DNA of 64,000 nucleotides from Octopus sinensis (GCF_006345805.1 NC_043006.1:85746001-85810000); one strand, 5' to 3'. Shown: positions 12,703 through 25,592, counted from the stretch's first letter. The notes: generated by a model not told the origin, from the letters alone. Program-made: numbers and translations.

Positions 12703-12893
12703 TAATAATGAAATTATTGTATACAGTGCTCAGGTGCACCACAACTTGTCAGACAGTGCATATAAAGCACATGCAGTAATGTACAAATGTCTGGAAAGCG
12801 AACAATGCATGAGTCAGATACATGCTTGTGTGTGTATGGAGGGGAGAAAATCAGGTGTAGTCTTGGCGAATCTCAGAAAGCATGGAAGTTTTT
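12703..12893 (-). mobile_element. CR1-like LINE 3'UTR fragment
   Basis: Reverse complement of ~25140-25330, including the start of the (ATT)n tail. Confidence 0.75.
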
Positions 12894-13122
12894 CCGCAGT
12901 AAAAGGGTTAAAGATTATTCAGTAAAAGAAGTTATGATCACTGTTACTGGCACTTTTACAATACAAACGGATTTTTAACGAAATTCAGTTTTAACCTCTT
13001 ATAACTTTTTTTTATTTTATGATTTATTATTATTATTTGAATTTTGGGAAAATTCTTGCGAATTTCAAACAATTATAGGGAAAAAAATTTTCTTGATTTT
13101 TTAAATCCCTAACGGCACTGTC

Positions 13123-13706
13123 ATGCCTTTGGATGTCAGAAGTGAAAGAAGAAAAATCTGACGTCATTTTGACGTCACACTTTTTCTCGTCCATCTTCGT
13201 TTCTTTCCGTATAATTTATCAAATTAAAAAACGCAAAATCAAAAACGCGTGTAAATATATCAAATTAATAAACGCAAATTATTTAGAATGTAAAAATCAA
13301 AAACGCGTGTAAATATATCAAATTAATAAACGCAAATTATTTAGAATGTAAAAATATTATTTTCAACGGAGAGATTTTATGGGTAGAAAAATATTTGGTT
13401 AATATCTTATGCCTTATATTAATGCCTTTGGATGTCAGAAGTGAAAGAAGAAAAATCTGACGTCATTTTGACGTCACACTTTTTCTCGTCCATCTTCGTT
13501 TCTTTCCGTATAATTTATCAAATTAAAAAACGCAAAATCAAAAACGCGTGTAAATATATCAAATTAATAAACGCAAATTATTTAGAATGTAAAAATCAAA
13601 AACGCGTGTAAATATATCAAATTAATAAACGCAAATTATTTAGAATGTAAAAATATTATTTTCAACGGAGAGATTTTATGGGTAGAAAAATATTTGGTTA
13701 ATATCT
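13123..13706. repeat. Direct duplication of a 285-bp block (13123-13407 and 13422-13706), each with an internal ~58-bp tandem
   Basis: The two blocks read identically by eye; period 299 bp. Confidence 0.92.
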
Positions 13707-13707
13707 A

Positions 13708-14849
13708 GATCCGCACCCGGTGGAAAAAATGGAAACGCAAATGTGTAACAGTTGTAAGGCATCGTATATTGACGTAATAAGACGGAAAAAAAGGGTGCTA
13801 ACGAACGGGGGTGGGGGAGGGGGGGTCGGAAGGGGTGGGGGAGGGGGGGTCGGAAAATTCTCAGGATCAACCTGGAATCTAAAATGTGTAACAGTTGTAA
13901 GGCATCGTATATTGACGGAATAAGACGTAAAAAAAGGGCGCTGACGAACGGGGGTGGGGTGGGGGGGTCGGAAAATTCCCAGGATCAACCGTAGAGGATC
14001 CACGCCCAGGTGGCAAAAATGGAAAAAAATATGTGTAAGAGGTGTAAGGCATCGTATATTGAAGGAATATGACGAAAAAAAAGCGCGCTGACAAACGGGG
14101 GGGGGGGGGGCGCTCGGAAAATTGCCTACGATTTAAAGAAAAATTTACCATCAATTTTCACCATTTAAACGCATTGTTGGCATAAGGGAAGTAACTCTCT
14201 AAAAATCTCTATATATAAACGGCAGTTTTTCTGTGTGTCTGTCAGGTTGTACCCTCACCCTGACCACGGCTTTCAACCGATTCTGATGAAACTTGACACA
14301 CACATAGCCCAATGTCATAATTCAAAACTAACGCAGCGAAAATTTTGAAAAGTTCCCCCAGTTCTGAAAAAAATCGATAAATTCGACATGGGGTCGAGAA
14401 TTTCAATTTTTTTGTTATTTTCAATATTTTTGCTAAAAATGCTTTATTTCCCTTACAAACCCGAGCAACGCCGGGCGATACTCAGCGCGCTTTTTTTTCG
14501 TCATATTCCTTCAATATACGATGCCTTACACCTCTTGCACATATTTTTTTCCATTTTTGCCACCTGGGCGTGGATCCTCTACGGTTAATCCTGGGAATTT
14601 TCCGAGCCCCCCCCCCCCGTTTGTCAGCGCGCTTTTTTTTCGTCATATTCCTTCAATATACGATGCCTTACACCTCTTACACATATTTTTTTCCATTTTT
14701 GCCACCTGGGCGTGGATCCTCTACGGTTGATCCTGGGAATTTTCCGACCCCCCCCACCCCACCCCCGTTCGTCAGCGCCCTTTTTTTACGTCTTATTCCG
14801 TCAATATACGATGCCTTACAACTGTTACACATTTTAGATTCCAGGTTGA
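13708..14849. repeat. G/C-run-containing ~115-140-bp repeat units arranged as an inverted repeat (13868-14123 vs 14590-14849)
   Basis: GTAAGGCATCGTATATTGA units occur three times on + and three times on -. The ORF-track peptides mirror each other. Confidence 0.88.
14206..14482 (+). mobile_element. Short Helitron copy, truncated just before the terminal CTAG
   Basis: 5' end nearly identical to 3612-3810. 3' hairpin CCCGAGCAACGCCGGG at ~14460-14475. Confidence 0.75.
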
Positions 14850-16247
14850 GGTACTTGTCTATTGTCGTGGTCCCGGTTTCTCACACGCGAATTCGCGCGC
14901 GCGCCAAACGTAGGTACTCGATACTCGAGATCCTACGAGGTGACTTGCGCATGCGCAGTGCAGAATTCGCGCATGCGCGTTACCCCCCCCCCCTAAAAAA
15001 AAAAGGTGTTGGATTTCACTAAAAATATATATGTGTGTGTGTGTGTGTGTATATATAACATTTTCAATTTTACACAAAAAAATTACATAGTCGCTTTCCT
15101 CGCGGATTTACAGATAAATGAATTAATTACTATTTTACAGAATAAAATTAATGAATTAATTATATAAATTAAATAATTCTTGAAAATTAATTAATATTAA
15201 TATTTTTTGAACAAAGTAAATAATTTATAAAACTTGGTTAATAATTTTTTTTACACAAACGCGAACGTATATAATTTGTGAAACTTTTTTTTTTTTTACA
15301 GACGTATATAATTTGGTAAACTTAATGAATTAATTTCTTCTCATCATCATCATCGTTTAACGTCCGTTCTCCATGCCAGCATGGGTTGGACGGTTCGACC
15401 GGGGATCTGGGAAGCCAGAAGGCTGCACCAGACTCCAGTCTTATCTGGCAATGTTTCTACAGCTGGATGCCCTTCCTAACGCCAACCACTCCGAGAGTGT
15501 AGTGGGTGCTTTTTACATGCCACCCGCACAGGTGCCAGGAGAGGCTGGCAACGGCCACGGTCGGATTGGTGCCAGTCGAGGCGGCTCTGGCATCGGCCAC
15601 GATTCGGATAGTGCTTTTTACGTACCACCAGTCCAGGGGTCCTGGCATTTGCCGGGTGCCACACTTGCCCCAACATGTCTTCGCAAGCAAAGGGGGTTGG
15701 CGTGGGTGCCTGTCGTGGGATGAGGTTCGATATCAACTTCGCTTGCCTCAACAGGTCTTTGTGTATAAATGTATAAATTTTTCGCACTAAATTCTTTCCG
15801 TAGAATTTATCAAAAAACGCGCAAAATTATTCCGTAGAATTTATCAAATTAAAAAACGCAAAATTAATATATTTTTTGAAATTGCAAATTATTTAGAATA
15901 TAAAACAAATGAAGTTAAATTTTAAAAATAAATGTCATATACTTATACTCTGTAAGGTGCTGTGTTCACACTTCAATTTACTATTTTCTAGAAATGTTGC
16001 TTTTCTAATTGAAACAATTTTTCTCAATCTCCATTTAAAATTCCATAATGCCTCTTGAGCCATATCAAAATGAATAACTTTGAATTACGTGGCGGCGGTG
16101 GTGGTGGTGGTGGGTAACGCGCATGCGCGAATTCTGTACTGCGCATGCGCAAGTCTCCCTGTAGGATCTCGAGTATCGAGTACCTACGTCTGGCGCGCGC
16201 GCGAATTCGCGTGTGCGAAACCGGGACCACGACAATAGACAAGTACC
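14850..16247. mobile_element. Non-coding TIR element with ~135-bp CpG-rich inverted termini
   Basis: GGTACTTGTCTATTGTCGTGGTCCCGG...GCGCATGCGCGTTACCC at 14850-14985 and its reverse complement at 16112-16247. No TSD recognised. Confidence 0.75.
15341..15760 (-). mobile_element. RTE-family 3'UTR fragment with (GAT)n tail, nested in the TIR element
   Basis: Homologous to 60755-61200 and 37585-37735. Confidence 0.8.
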
Positions 16248-17577
16248 CAATCTTTCTAACTGCAGTTTCGATTATAAATGATCCATAAAGGACCAGCGCA
16301 TATCAAAGTGAAGTAGGCCACTCATTGACTTGACAGAATCACGTAAAGCCGATAGTTAAGTAAGCCATTACTCTCGCTCATACATACATGCGTTCGTCTC
16401 TGTATTTAGACCTCGCCACTGCTTAACGACTGGTATTGGTTTGTGTACGTCTATGTGTGCATAAAGAGAAACAGACAGATCATAACAAATACAAAAGAAC
16501 ATCTCAAACCTTGCTGAACAACGAAGCAATTGCTTGCATTTTCATCTCGAAAATGAAAAGAATTATCATAAGCGACCGTTTTCTTAACTATTTTGGATTC
16601 CTCTTTCTTCAAAGCCATCCATACGCATCTGATTTGGACTTTAGCCAAAGCAAAGTTGTCGCCCCTGAAATCTGTCCCGACAATTTTCTAACAAAATACT
16701 TTCTTGAAGTTACATCTATTTATCACTTTTCATTTCTTTGCCCAAAAGTTCCCTATGAAAGCTCTACAATACTCCTCTCTCTCCCCCAATCACAATTCTT
16801 TTATCATGTGTGTAAAAACCGCAATAACGATTGGCTCTGTTAAATTGCTATTACATACTGCCGCCTGCAATGTAAACACAAATAAACGTGTGTGTATATA
16901 TAAAATGTCCCAAAATATATATACACGTCAATAGCTGATAATTCACTTCATTTTTATTTTGAGGGGATTTAACCTATTATTAACTTAATGGTTAAAGCAA
17001 TCAGCCAGTATCTGAAGGGTACAGTTTCAACTCCCATAGCCACATCTGGCAACTTATATCAGTCTTGTAAGTCTTACTCAATCTTTCTCTACTCTTCTTA
17101 CAGCTTTACTACGTTCAAGATTTACTTTCTTGTCCATAAAATACCAACCACATATGACACTTCCAAAGTTTATAAAATGTTATATAAATTGATTAAATCC
17201 ACATGACATTCCAGCAGAAAACTGCTGAGAGAGCAGTGTTTCTGCTAGTTGTATACCAATGACAAAATACCAAGGTATGTCACTTACAACAATCAAGCTG
17301 TTCAACTTTTGGATTAACACCCAGCTGAGCAAAATCTATCATCAAATATACAGCCCATATACACACACACTTACATGGAACTTTAACTATTAAACATTGT
17401 ACATTGTCCAATGCATCATTCCTTTTCCTTAAAACAACTGGCTGTAATTTGAAAGATATTTTGCTTCTATTTCCAGCAAGGCCCTATAGAGGTTCCTAAG
17501 TTGGATCACTTCTAGGTTGTGATTTACCTATCTGAGCATAGATGGTCTTGGCCAGGTTTTAAAATTTCTCTCTCCCC

Positions 17578-17616
<39 letters not shown>

Positions 17617-17769
17617 CACATCAGAGTCCCTATGATTCGATCAAGAGTTGAAAAGCCAATGGAAGTATTGCAATGCACAATTCATTTCAATAATACAAAG
17701 GACAGATGCAGATGAGCAGCTCGCTCCACAACCATAATGTCCAGAGTTCAATACCACCACTACATGGTG

Positions 17770-18636
17770 TTTTGAATGTTTTTACCAAAGCCACAAGTTT
17801 TGTTTCAGTGTGCAGTTAGTCTATAGGTATGATCTGTAGGCAACCCCATGGTGTTAAGTATGCTTTGGCCAAAGTCCTATGTATGTTTGTGCACCTTTCT
17901 TTTTCTTCAGTCTTCTGGTAAAATATTATGAATATTATGGAGGATTTGTGAGTATGATTTGTTTCTGTTGAGTGTGAGAGTTGATTGTATTTGATATTGA
18001 CTATTAGACGTGTTCCTTGTTCAGTCACGATTTAGCAAATTTATGATCAAAGTCATTCAAGCTTTAACCTTCCCTTCCACCTTTCTTTCAGACAGTGTCT
18101 CCAGGACATTAATCAATGTGCTTCTTTTCAAAACTATAAGATGTTGAGGGAAAAGTCCACTGGAGCTGAGAAATTCCTACCTACATGCATTTTTTTTTTA
18201 TTAGTTAACAGTAGTGGAATTGGTAGATGTTACTTTGGAGCCATATTTCAAGATGACTGGTGTAGGTTGGATTAGTTGCACACTCTTGTATGAAAAAGGG
18301 GTAAGCAAGTTGTATGATGTGATCTACATATGAAGCTAGGTGTTTCAACATGCGGCAAGGCCATGTACTCCAAAATCGTGACTGAACAAGGAACACGTCT
18401 AATAGTCAATATCAAATACAATCAACTCTCACACTCAACAGAAACAAATCATACTCACAAATCCTCCATAATATTCATAATATTTTACCAGAAGACTGAA
18501 GAAAAAGAAAGGTGCACAAACATACATAGGACTTTGGCCAAAGCATACTTAACACCATGGGGTTGCCTACAGATCATACCTATAGACTAACTGCACACTG
18601 AAACAAAACTTGTGGCTTTGGTAAAAACATTCAAAA
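17770..18636. repeat. 264-bp apparently perfect inverted repeat (17770-18033 / 18373-18636), 339-bp spacer
   Basis: Direct reverse-complement comparison. The ORF track gives the same peptide on opposite strands. Confidence 0.95.
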
Positions 18637-18699
18637 TCATTGACAGCGGAGTGACAGAAATGATAAAACAATCTTTCATCCTTCTACACTGAAGAGCTC

Positions 18700-21600
18700 A
18701 AATCCTGATATGGTTAACTTTTGCTTTTTATCTTTCTGATTGATACCTGTAATATACTGGTTCACTTCAACCAATAAGCTATGTTCAAAAACTGGACTTG
18801 GCAAAGAAAAAAAAAAATCAATGTAAGTTCCCCGTGGCAATTTTCCAAAATGGTTATACCTACCTCATATCTGATGGGATATATGTGATCATTACAAATA
18901 TACAAATATTTTAAGAAAAATTTTTTAACTTTTAACAATTACAATAGCCAGAAGCTCATCTTTCAAGTCCAAGTTTCTGAATTGGCAAGCAAGCTGCAAA
19001 TTGGAAAGAATATATTTGCAGTGATATAAGCAAGCTGTAAATAGGAGGGCAAATTTGCAGTGAAAGCTCACTAAAATGCTGTATCTTTTTCCTCGGACAG
19101 AAAAAATGTCAAAGGAATTATGGACAAGAATGTCAGCTGGCTTAGGTTTTATTTTTTTTTTTTTGTAGGGATAGAATAAGAGGCAGTTGAAATTCAGGTA
19201 AGTTTGTTCCCATTACCAAATATTTCTAAGACTTATTAAATGTGCTGGTGACACTATTACCCTCATTATACATAAAAATAGCAAGCTGCATATTTCAAGT
19301 AGGAACTGTGCAACAGATCCTTATTCTCCAAGATATCACCAAACTAATGAGAGAAGGACAAAAAAGTAAAAGATGATAGAGAAATTAGAAACAAGCTGAA
19401 GTCTATATATAACATTGACCAAATGAAAGGCTAGTAAATGCTGAAGCAAAATACTATTTCTGAAGTATTTATTTACAATAGAAAGATTTGATAAATGTAA
19501 ATAACTAGAGTAAAATTTCCTTGGTGTTATAAGACAAAGGTTTTAAATTTGTGTTTTTCTGGGGGTTTTTTTAGCAGAAAACTTTCGTCTGATCCTTTAG
19601 AAATTAATTCTTCACACTACTAAAGATTTCATTTTCAGTAAGATTTTTGGATGAAGAAAAGAAAAAAATTATAAATTATTGTAGGTGTGTAGTTTGACAG
19701 TGTTAGCTAATATAAACGGTGAACAATGTAAGATGTTCATTTAACTGCAGTGATAATGGAGAAAAACATTCAACAGTAGTCAACAACTGTGTCCAAAAGA
19801 AGAAAGTAACAAGTCCCATAAAAAGATGATTTGGCAACACTGCAGACAACCAAATATATTAATTTGTGAATTGACAAATATATTTATCTCTAAATATATA
19901 TAAGGAATAAATATAAAACAAACTTTAATTTGTCACAACAGCTCTCCTCTCATTGGCAATAACTGAGTATGGAGAAAAGATAAAACAACAAATTTGTATC
20001 TAATTTAAATCCTACCAAGACTAAGTGTACTTAACATACCAATATGTAGTAGGATAGGCTAAGATTCATTAACAAAGTGGAAAGACAACTATCTTTTGAC
20101 TGCTCCTGTAAATTTGTATTTCATTAAAGAACAATATGTTGTTCAAAGAAAAGTGTTGTCATTCCAAATAGTATGTAATATGCAGCTTTACAAAAATAAT
20201 TGAGTTTAACCTTCAAGGGTGTAAAGTCTGGAGAGGCAAACTTGTAGACAAAAAATATAATTTAATGCGTAAGATTGATTCTATTCTGTGTTGGCTGTGG
20301 TTGAGTAGCCAACTTTAGCTAAATTATTAAAAGATATTGTATTTAGTAACATTAGCAAACTTATTTCAATGGTATATTAACATGGTTAGATAAAGGATGG
20401 GAAATGTACACCAAGATTGTTGTTAGAACAACTGCTAACCTGGTATTTAGACTATTCTGATGTATTAAATGTTAAAACCAGCATCATTTGTATAAAATTT
20501 CAGCTGCAAACAACTCAAAGAGGAATCAATAAAACAAAAATAGCCATTTTCTGAATAATATTGAAATTACTTGTATGAAGGCATATATCCTTCCTTGAAA
20601 AAAAATAAAAATGAAGAAGATTCAAAATTCATGAGATAAGCAATATATATATATATAGAAATATACATATATATAAAATATTAAAATAACTGGTTAGGTT
20701 TGATAAAGAATGAAAATAACAGAAAAAGTAGATATGATGCTTGTATTACGAGAGCATTCATTATATGAAGCTGGCAATTGTACACCAGGAAAAACTAGTG
20801 ACAATTAGAAGAGTAAAAAAAAAAAAAAAGGGGACAACAGCCAAAAGGCCATACTTGATACATTAAAAAAAGCAGTTCTAGAATCAGAAATCGGTCAGTG
20901 GTAGACATTTAATTAATGGAATCCAATCTTTTATTCATTTCGCTCTTTCTTTTCATATATTTTCAAAATTCGTTAAATTTTCAATTATTCACTCTTTATT
21001 TTCTGGTGTCTTTTATTATTATAATTATCATAATTATTATTATTATTATTACCATCATCCAATTTTTTTGAGAAAAATATCAGCAAGAAAAATTTAAAAT
21101 AAATTTGCTGGCAGCATGAATGAGCACTGCCCACATTAAACTAACAAGAGCTGGTGCCATGCCCAGACTTATGGTGAGACCAAAATACTGAAGATGGGTC
21201 ATTCACCACTGTCCATTTTAATCAAGCTAGGAGGAGTCTGGCTGGAAGTTTTTGTCACCAAATATACATAGTTATTGCAACCTTTCACTCATATTCTGCC
21301 ACAGGCAAATCAGAGTGGCCGGGGAAACTGGAATTAGTTTCATGTTGTCTGTAAGTGTTTTAAGCCTAGTGCACTCTTATTGAAGAAAGAAAGAGAGAGA
21401 GAGAGAATCATAGAAGGAATGAATGAAGAGGCTTATAGAAGAGAAAGATGCACTGATGTTCAGAGATAAACATTAATTCTAATAAAAAGTGAAATAAGGA
21501 TTTAAATTTAAAAATAAAATTCAAAAGAAAAGTGTGTGTGTGTGTGTGTATAATTACATCAATCAACTTTCTTTTTATATATATATATATATAATTAAAA

Positions 21601-21765
21601 AAAAGGAGGAAAAGAGGAACAGTAAGAGAAGATAATGAAGACAATGATAATATCATTAATATTATATCATTATAGGTGTTATGTAATAATCCCACCCGGC
21701 CATATGGTAGCTTCTGCAGAGTTCGAATGAAAGCCGGAATTATGTTAGTTGCCTCCCTTGCAACA
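18700..21765 (-). other. CAPZB: Probable long CAPZB 3'UTR (end uncertain)
   Basis: Follows the TGA at 21766-21768. No recognisable TEs for ~3 kb. Minus-strand AATAAA candidates include 19468-19473. Confidence 0.45.
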
Positions 21766-21933
21766 TCATTGCGCTTGTGGACGTTTTTGTAGAGCCATCA
21801 CTAAGTCGTTGCGTAGTGCCTCTGCATGCTTGCGATCTTGCAAGGTCTGAATAGAGCGAAGACCATTCACAATATCCTTCGTTTTCCCAAAATAAATTTC
21901 ATTAAGAGTGTTTCTAATTTTATTCTCCATATC
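21766..21933 (-). CDS. CAPZB: F-actin capping protein beta, terminal coding exon ([55 protein letters not shown])
   Basis: AG acceptor at 21934-21935, 168 nt, TGA stop, signature CP-beta sequence. Confidence 0.96.
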   Translation of the reverse strand, partial: DMENKIRNTLNEIYFGKTKDIVNGLRSIQTLQDRKHAEALRNDLVMALQKRPQAQ

Positions 21934-23814
21934 CTAGAAATAATTGAAATTCAAAATGTAAATTAATAACGAAATTCACTATTTATTTATAAACCAAATA
22001 ATTTTTGAAAAGTATAAAAATTAATCTACATTAAGACTAAGTTAATAATTTTGCAAAACAACAAAAGCAAAAAGAATGTTAAAGTTTTTTATTAATATAT
22101 TTCTAAGACAAACACATGGTTCTTTATCCTTTAATTTTTTAAATAATAATTATGAACAAATCAACAAACTTTATTTGTCTATATATATTAAACCTTTTGA
22201 TCCAAAACAGCCCATGGTTCATTGAAGCAAAATTCATATTTTTAAAATTATCCAAATCAAAACCATCAAAATTTCCTGTTAATTTGTTCCTAACACCAGC
22301 TTACTAATTAATGATAAAGTTATTTCACTAAATTCTTCACTATTTTCAAAATTGAGACAAAAGCAGTGCAGTTCAAAAGAAAATAGCTACAGTAGGATTA
22401 AACTGGTATTTGGAACTCAATTTGACCATTTACCCACTGAAATATGTTATAGGTCAGGTGATACAATTTCAGTTAAGATTTGAATTTATATTTGAAACAT
22501 TTTTTGTAAGAGTGGTGTCAGGCAATTTAATGAAGTCAATGTATCATAAAACTAAGCACATTTCAGTATGTGTACATGCAAACACCCAATGACTTAATCA
22601 CTGCAGTACACAAACACACAATTTGTCCTTATTTTCTTGTCTGCAGATTTATTATATTGCGGCTCTCTTCCCCTCTTGTACTGCCATTTATCACTTTCTC
22701 TTTCTTTGACCCACTCCTATTTCTTCCACCTTCCCTTCCATGCTGATATTTACCACCAAACACACATCCACCTGTCATTCCCCACTTACACTAATGGACT
22801 CATTGACCCATCCTTCCTGATCATTAGTCATTCTCTGTATCATCAGTCTACTTTCCAGCTACTCCCACCCACCCTCATATAATGTAGGGTAGCCATGTAT
22901 CTCAGACTGTATCAAGACTGTGCCTTTCCCATTATCATACTTTAGCATAAAAGCACATCTCCCTCTCAACCCAACTCAGTCAGGGATCCTTTTCTTTGCC
23001 TTGTGAATTGAAACATCATCATTGTTGTCATTTAAAAAAAATTAAAGAAGTACCAGACACTCTATAAAGTGGAGGCATTAAGAAGGGTATCCAGCCATAG
23101 AAAAAATACCAAAACAAGACATTGGAACTCAACAGGCTCATTGGATTCTGTCAAACTGTTCAACTCATACCAACATAGTAGATGGATGTTAAATGATGAT
23201 AGCTACTGACAATTATGACCTAATAATAAGAACTGAACCAAACATGGAAGCTTCATGATGGTTGCTCAAAAAACTAGAAATAACAGTCAATTTTCACTCA
23301 AACCACCCCCTACTATCTTGAAAAAGAAAGAATACATTGAAAAATATATTCCTTGATATGCAGTGTTTGAAAAGAGACTGTTTCAGCTGGAATCAATTTG
23401 ATCCTAGGTCTCCTCAGAGATGGCTGTCCTGGGCTCAATTTATAAACAAAGTTAATGCAAACACAAGACCTTAAATTTAAATGAGAAAGGAAATTAAATT
23501 TATGATGTTTGTACCTTTGCCAAGCATAGCATTTCAGATGAACTGAAATTCTTCATCATCATTTTACATCTGCTTTTAATGCTGGCATGGATTGGAGAGA
23601 TCATTTCTGCTTTTCTAGATAGGTCAGGGAACCATGTCTTAGGTAAGTTTCATTTTTAGCCTGATTTTTACAGCTAGATGCTCTTCCTAATATCAGCCAC
23701 TGAATGTACTGAGTGCATTTTATCATGGTACAAGCTCTAAGACAAATAACCAGGGGTGGATAAATAGGGTGAATGATAATACCAAATGCCCAGTGGAGAA
23801 CATACGTAGAGAAT

Positions 23815-24180
23815 CTTTTCTACTCTAGGTACAAGGCCCAAAATTTGGGGGGAGGTGGGGCAGTTGATTAGATTGGCCCAGTACGCAACTGGTACTTAAA
23901 TTATCGACCCTGAAAGGATGATAGGCAAAGTTGAACTCGGCGGAATTTTAACTCAGAACGTAAAGATAAATGAAATACCTATTTCTTTACTACCCGCAAG
24001 GGGCTAAACACAGAGGAGACAAACAGATTAAGTCGATTACATCGATACCAGTGCGTAACTGATACTTATTTAATCGACCCCGAAAGGATGAAAGACAAAG
24101 TCGACCTCGGCAGAATTTGAACTTAGAACATAAAGACAGACGAAATACCGCTAAGCATTTCGCCAGCTCGCTGCCTTGCA
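23815..24180 (-). mobile_element. Two tandem copies of an abundant SINE family
   Basis: Repeated ATCGACCCCGAAAGGATGAAAGGCAAAGTCGACCTCGGCGGAATTT-like core, also seen degraded at ~25670, ~31830 and ~38860. Confidence 0.7.
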
Positions 24181-24920
24181 TAAGTAGAGAATCTGCTTCA
24201 ACAAATTCCATCTGACCCATGTTTGCATGGAAAAGTAAGCATTAAAACAATGATGGTGATAAGAGTTAGGCGATAAAAATAACAGAGGGAGAGAGACGGT
24301 ACTCAAAAAACGAGAGAGGCAGTTAGGTCCTGTGACATCTTTAGTTATACTGGAGGCAATGTATGGCGAGCTAAAGAGATTCAGTACTATCTTTGGTTAC
24401 ACTAGCAGCACAGTATAAGAGGGTGAAAAGAGGAGAGTGATAAAGAAATGAGCAATAAGAGCATGAGTGCTGGAGGCATGGGTGCTAGAAGCATGAGTGA
24501 TAAGAAGGGAGTGATAGATGTGTTAAAAGGGATGAGAGGCTATTGTGGAGGCCAAAAATATTTCTTTGAGTATAGTTTGAAGTTTAAAACTTTTTGTACA
24601 GTTAGTACTTTGTTGTATTTTAATAACAAATAGAAAAAGTGAAGTTGACTCTTGTCTAGTGCACTTTTACAACTCAGAGCTGAAATTACCCACTAAAACT
24701 ATGTTCATACAAATCAAATAAAAAAAAATCTTAAAGATGTAAAATAAAGTATTCTAGAAGTGATGTCAACAAGATACACCAACTCTGATATGTACCAACC
24801 TGACTGAAAACAGAAGGTACTTTCCACTTCACAGTTGAACTACTTTGTGTTACCAAATGCACTCAGCTGTGAAACTAATAACATCCAACAACTGAAGCAG
24901 ATCTGTAAAAATATTTAACT

Positions 24921-25345
24921 TCTGACTTGGCAGACACCCATAAAATTATTAACCATCTTACAAACAATAACTCTGAGCACCTTTTCAAACTCCACCTGTC
25001 TAACATCCGTGGACATGTTTACAAAGTCAGAAAACAGCACAGCTTCCATGACTTTCGGAAACATTTTTTCACGCTAAGAGCTGCTGAAGCATGGAACAAA
25101 CTGCAGACATCAGTTGTTAGTTGACGGAGCACTGCATCCTTCAAAACTTCCATGCTTCCTGAGATTCGCCAACACTAAACCTGATTTTCTCCCCTCCATA
25201 CACACGCAAGCATGTATCTGACTCATACACTGTTCGCTTTCCAGACATTTGTACATTACTGCATATGCTTTATACGTACTTTTGACAAGTTGTGGTGCAC
25301 CTGAGCACTGTACACAATAATTTCATTATTATTATTATTATTATT
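24921..25345 (+). mobile_element. CR1/L2-like LINE 3' end
   Basis: C-terminal motif IRGHVYKV...RKHFFTLRAAEAWNKL, then 3'UTR and (ATT)n tail. Confidence 0.8.
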
Positions 25346-25526
25346 TTCATGTTAGCACGGAAATAGGTTTAACAATTTTCCCAATATCTTTGCAGTAGTA
25401 TTTTTGGAATTTATGCAGAATTTGATAATTACATGTCTTTGTTTCTCATTAGAGAGGTCATGCAATTGACACCTCAGCACAGATTAAGGAAAATATTAAC
25501 ATTACAAGAAACATTTCAATACTAAC

Positions 25527-25592
25527 CTCAATCATTTTGCCTATATTGACAATGTGTGGGGAAGATTCACTAACGGAAGTATCCAACTCTAT
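25527..25592 (-). CDS. CAPZB: CAPZB exon (IELDTSVSESSPHIVNIGKMIE)
   Basis: 66 nt, CAG acceptor and GTTAGT donor, phase 0/0. Confidence 0.93.

Noticed and set aside
21740-21768. Stop-codon readthrough of CAPZB
   Set aside because: TGA-T context without a recognisable readthrough motif, and another stop follows six codons later.
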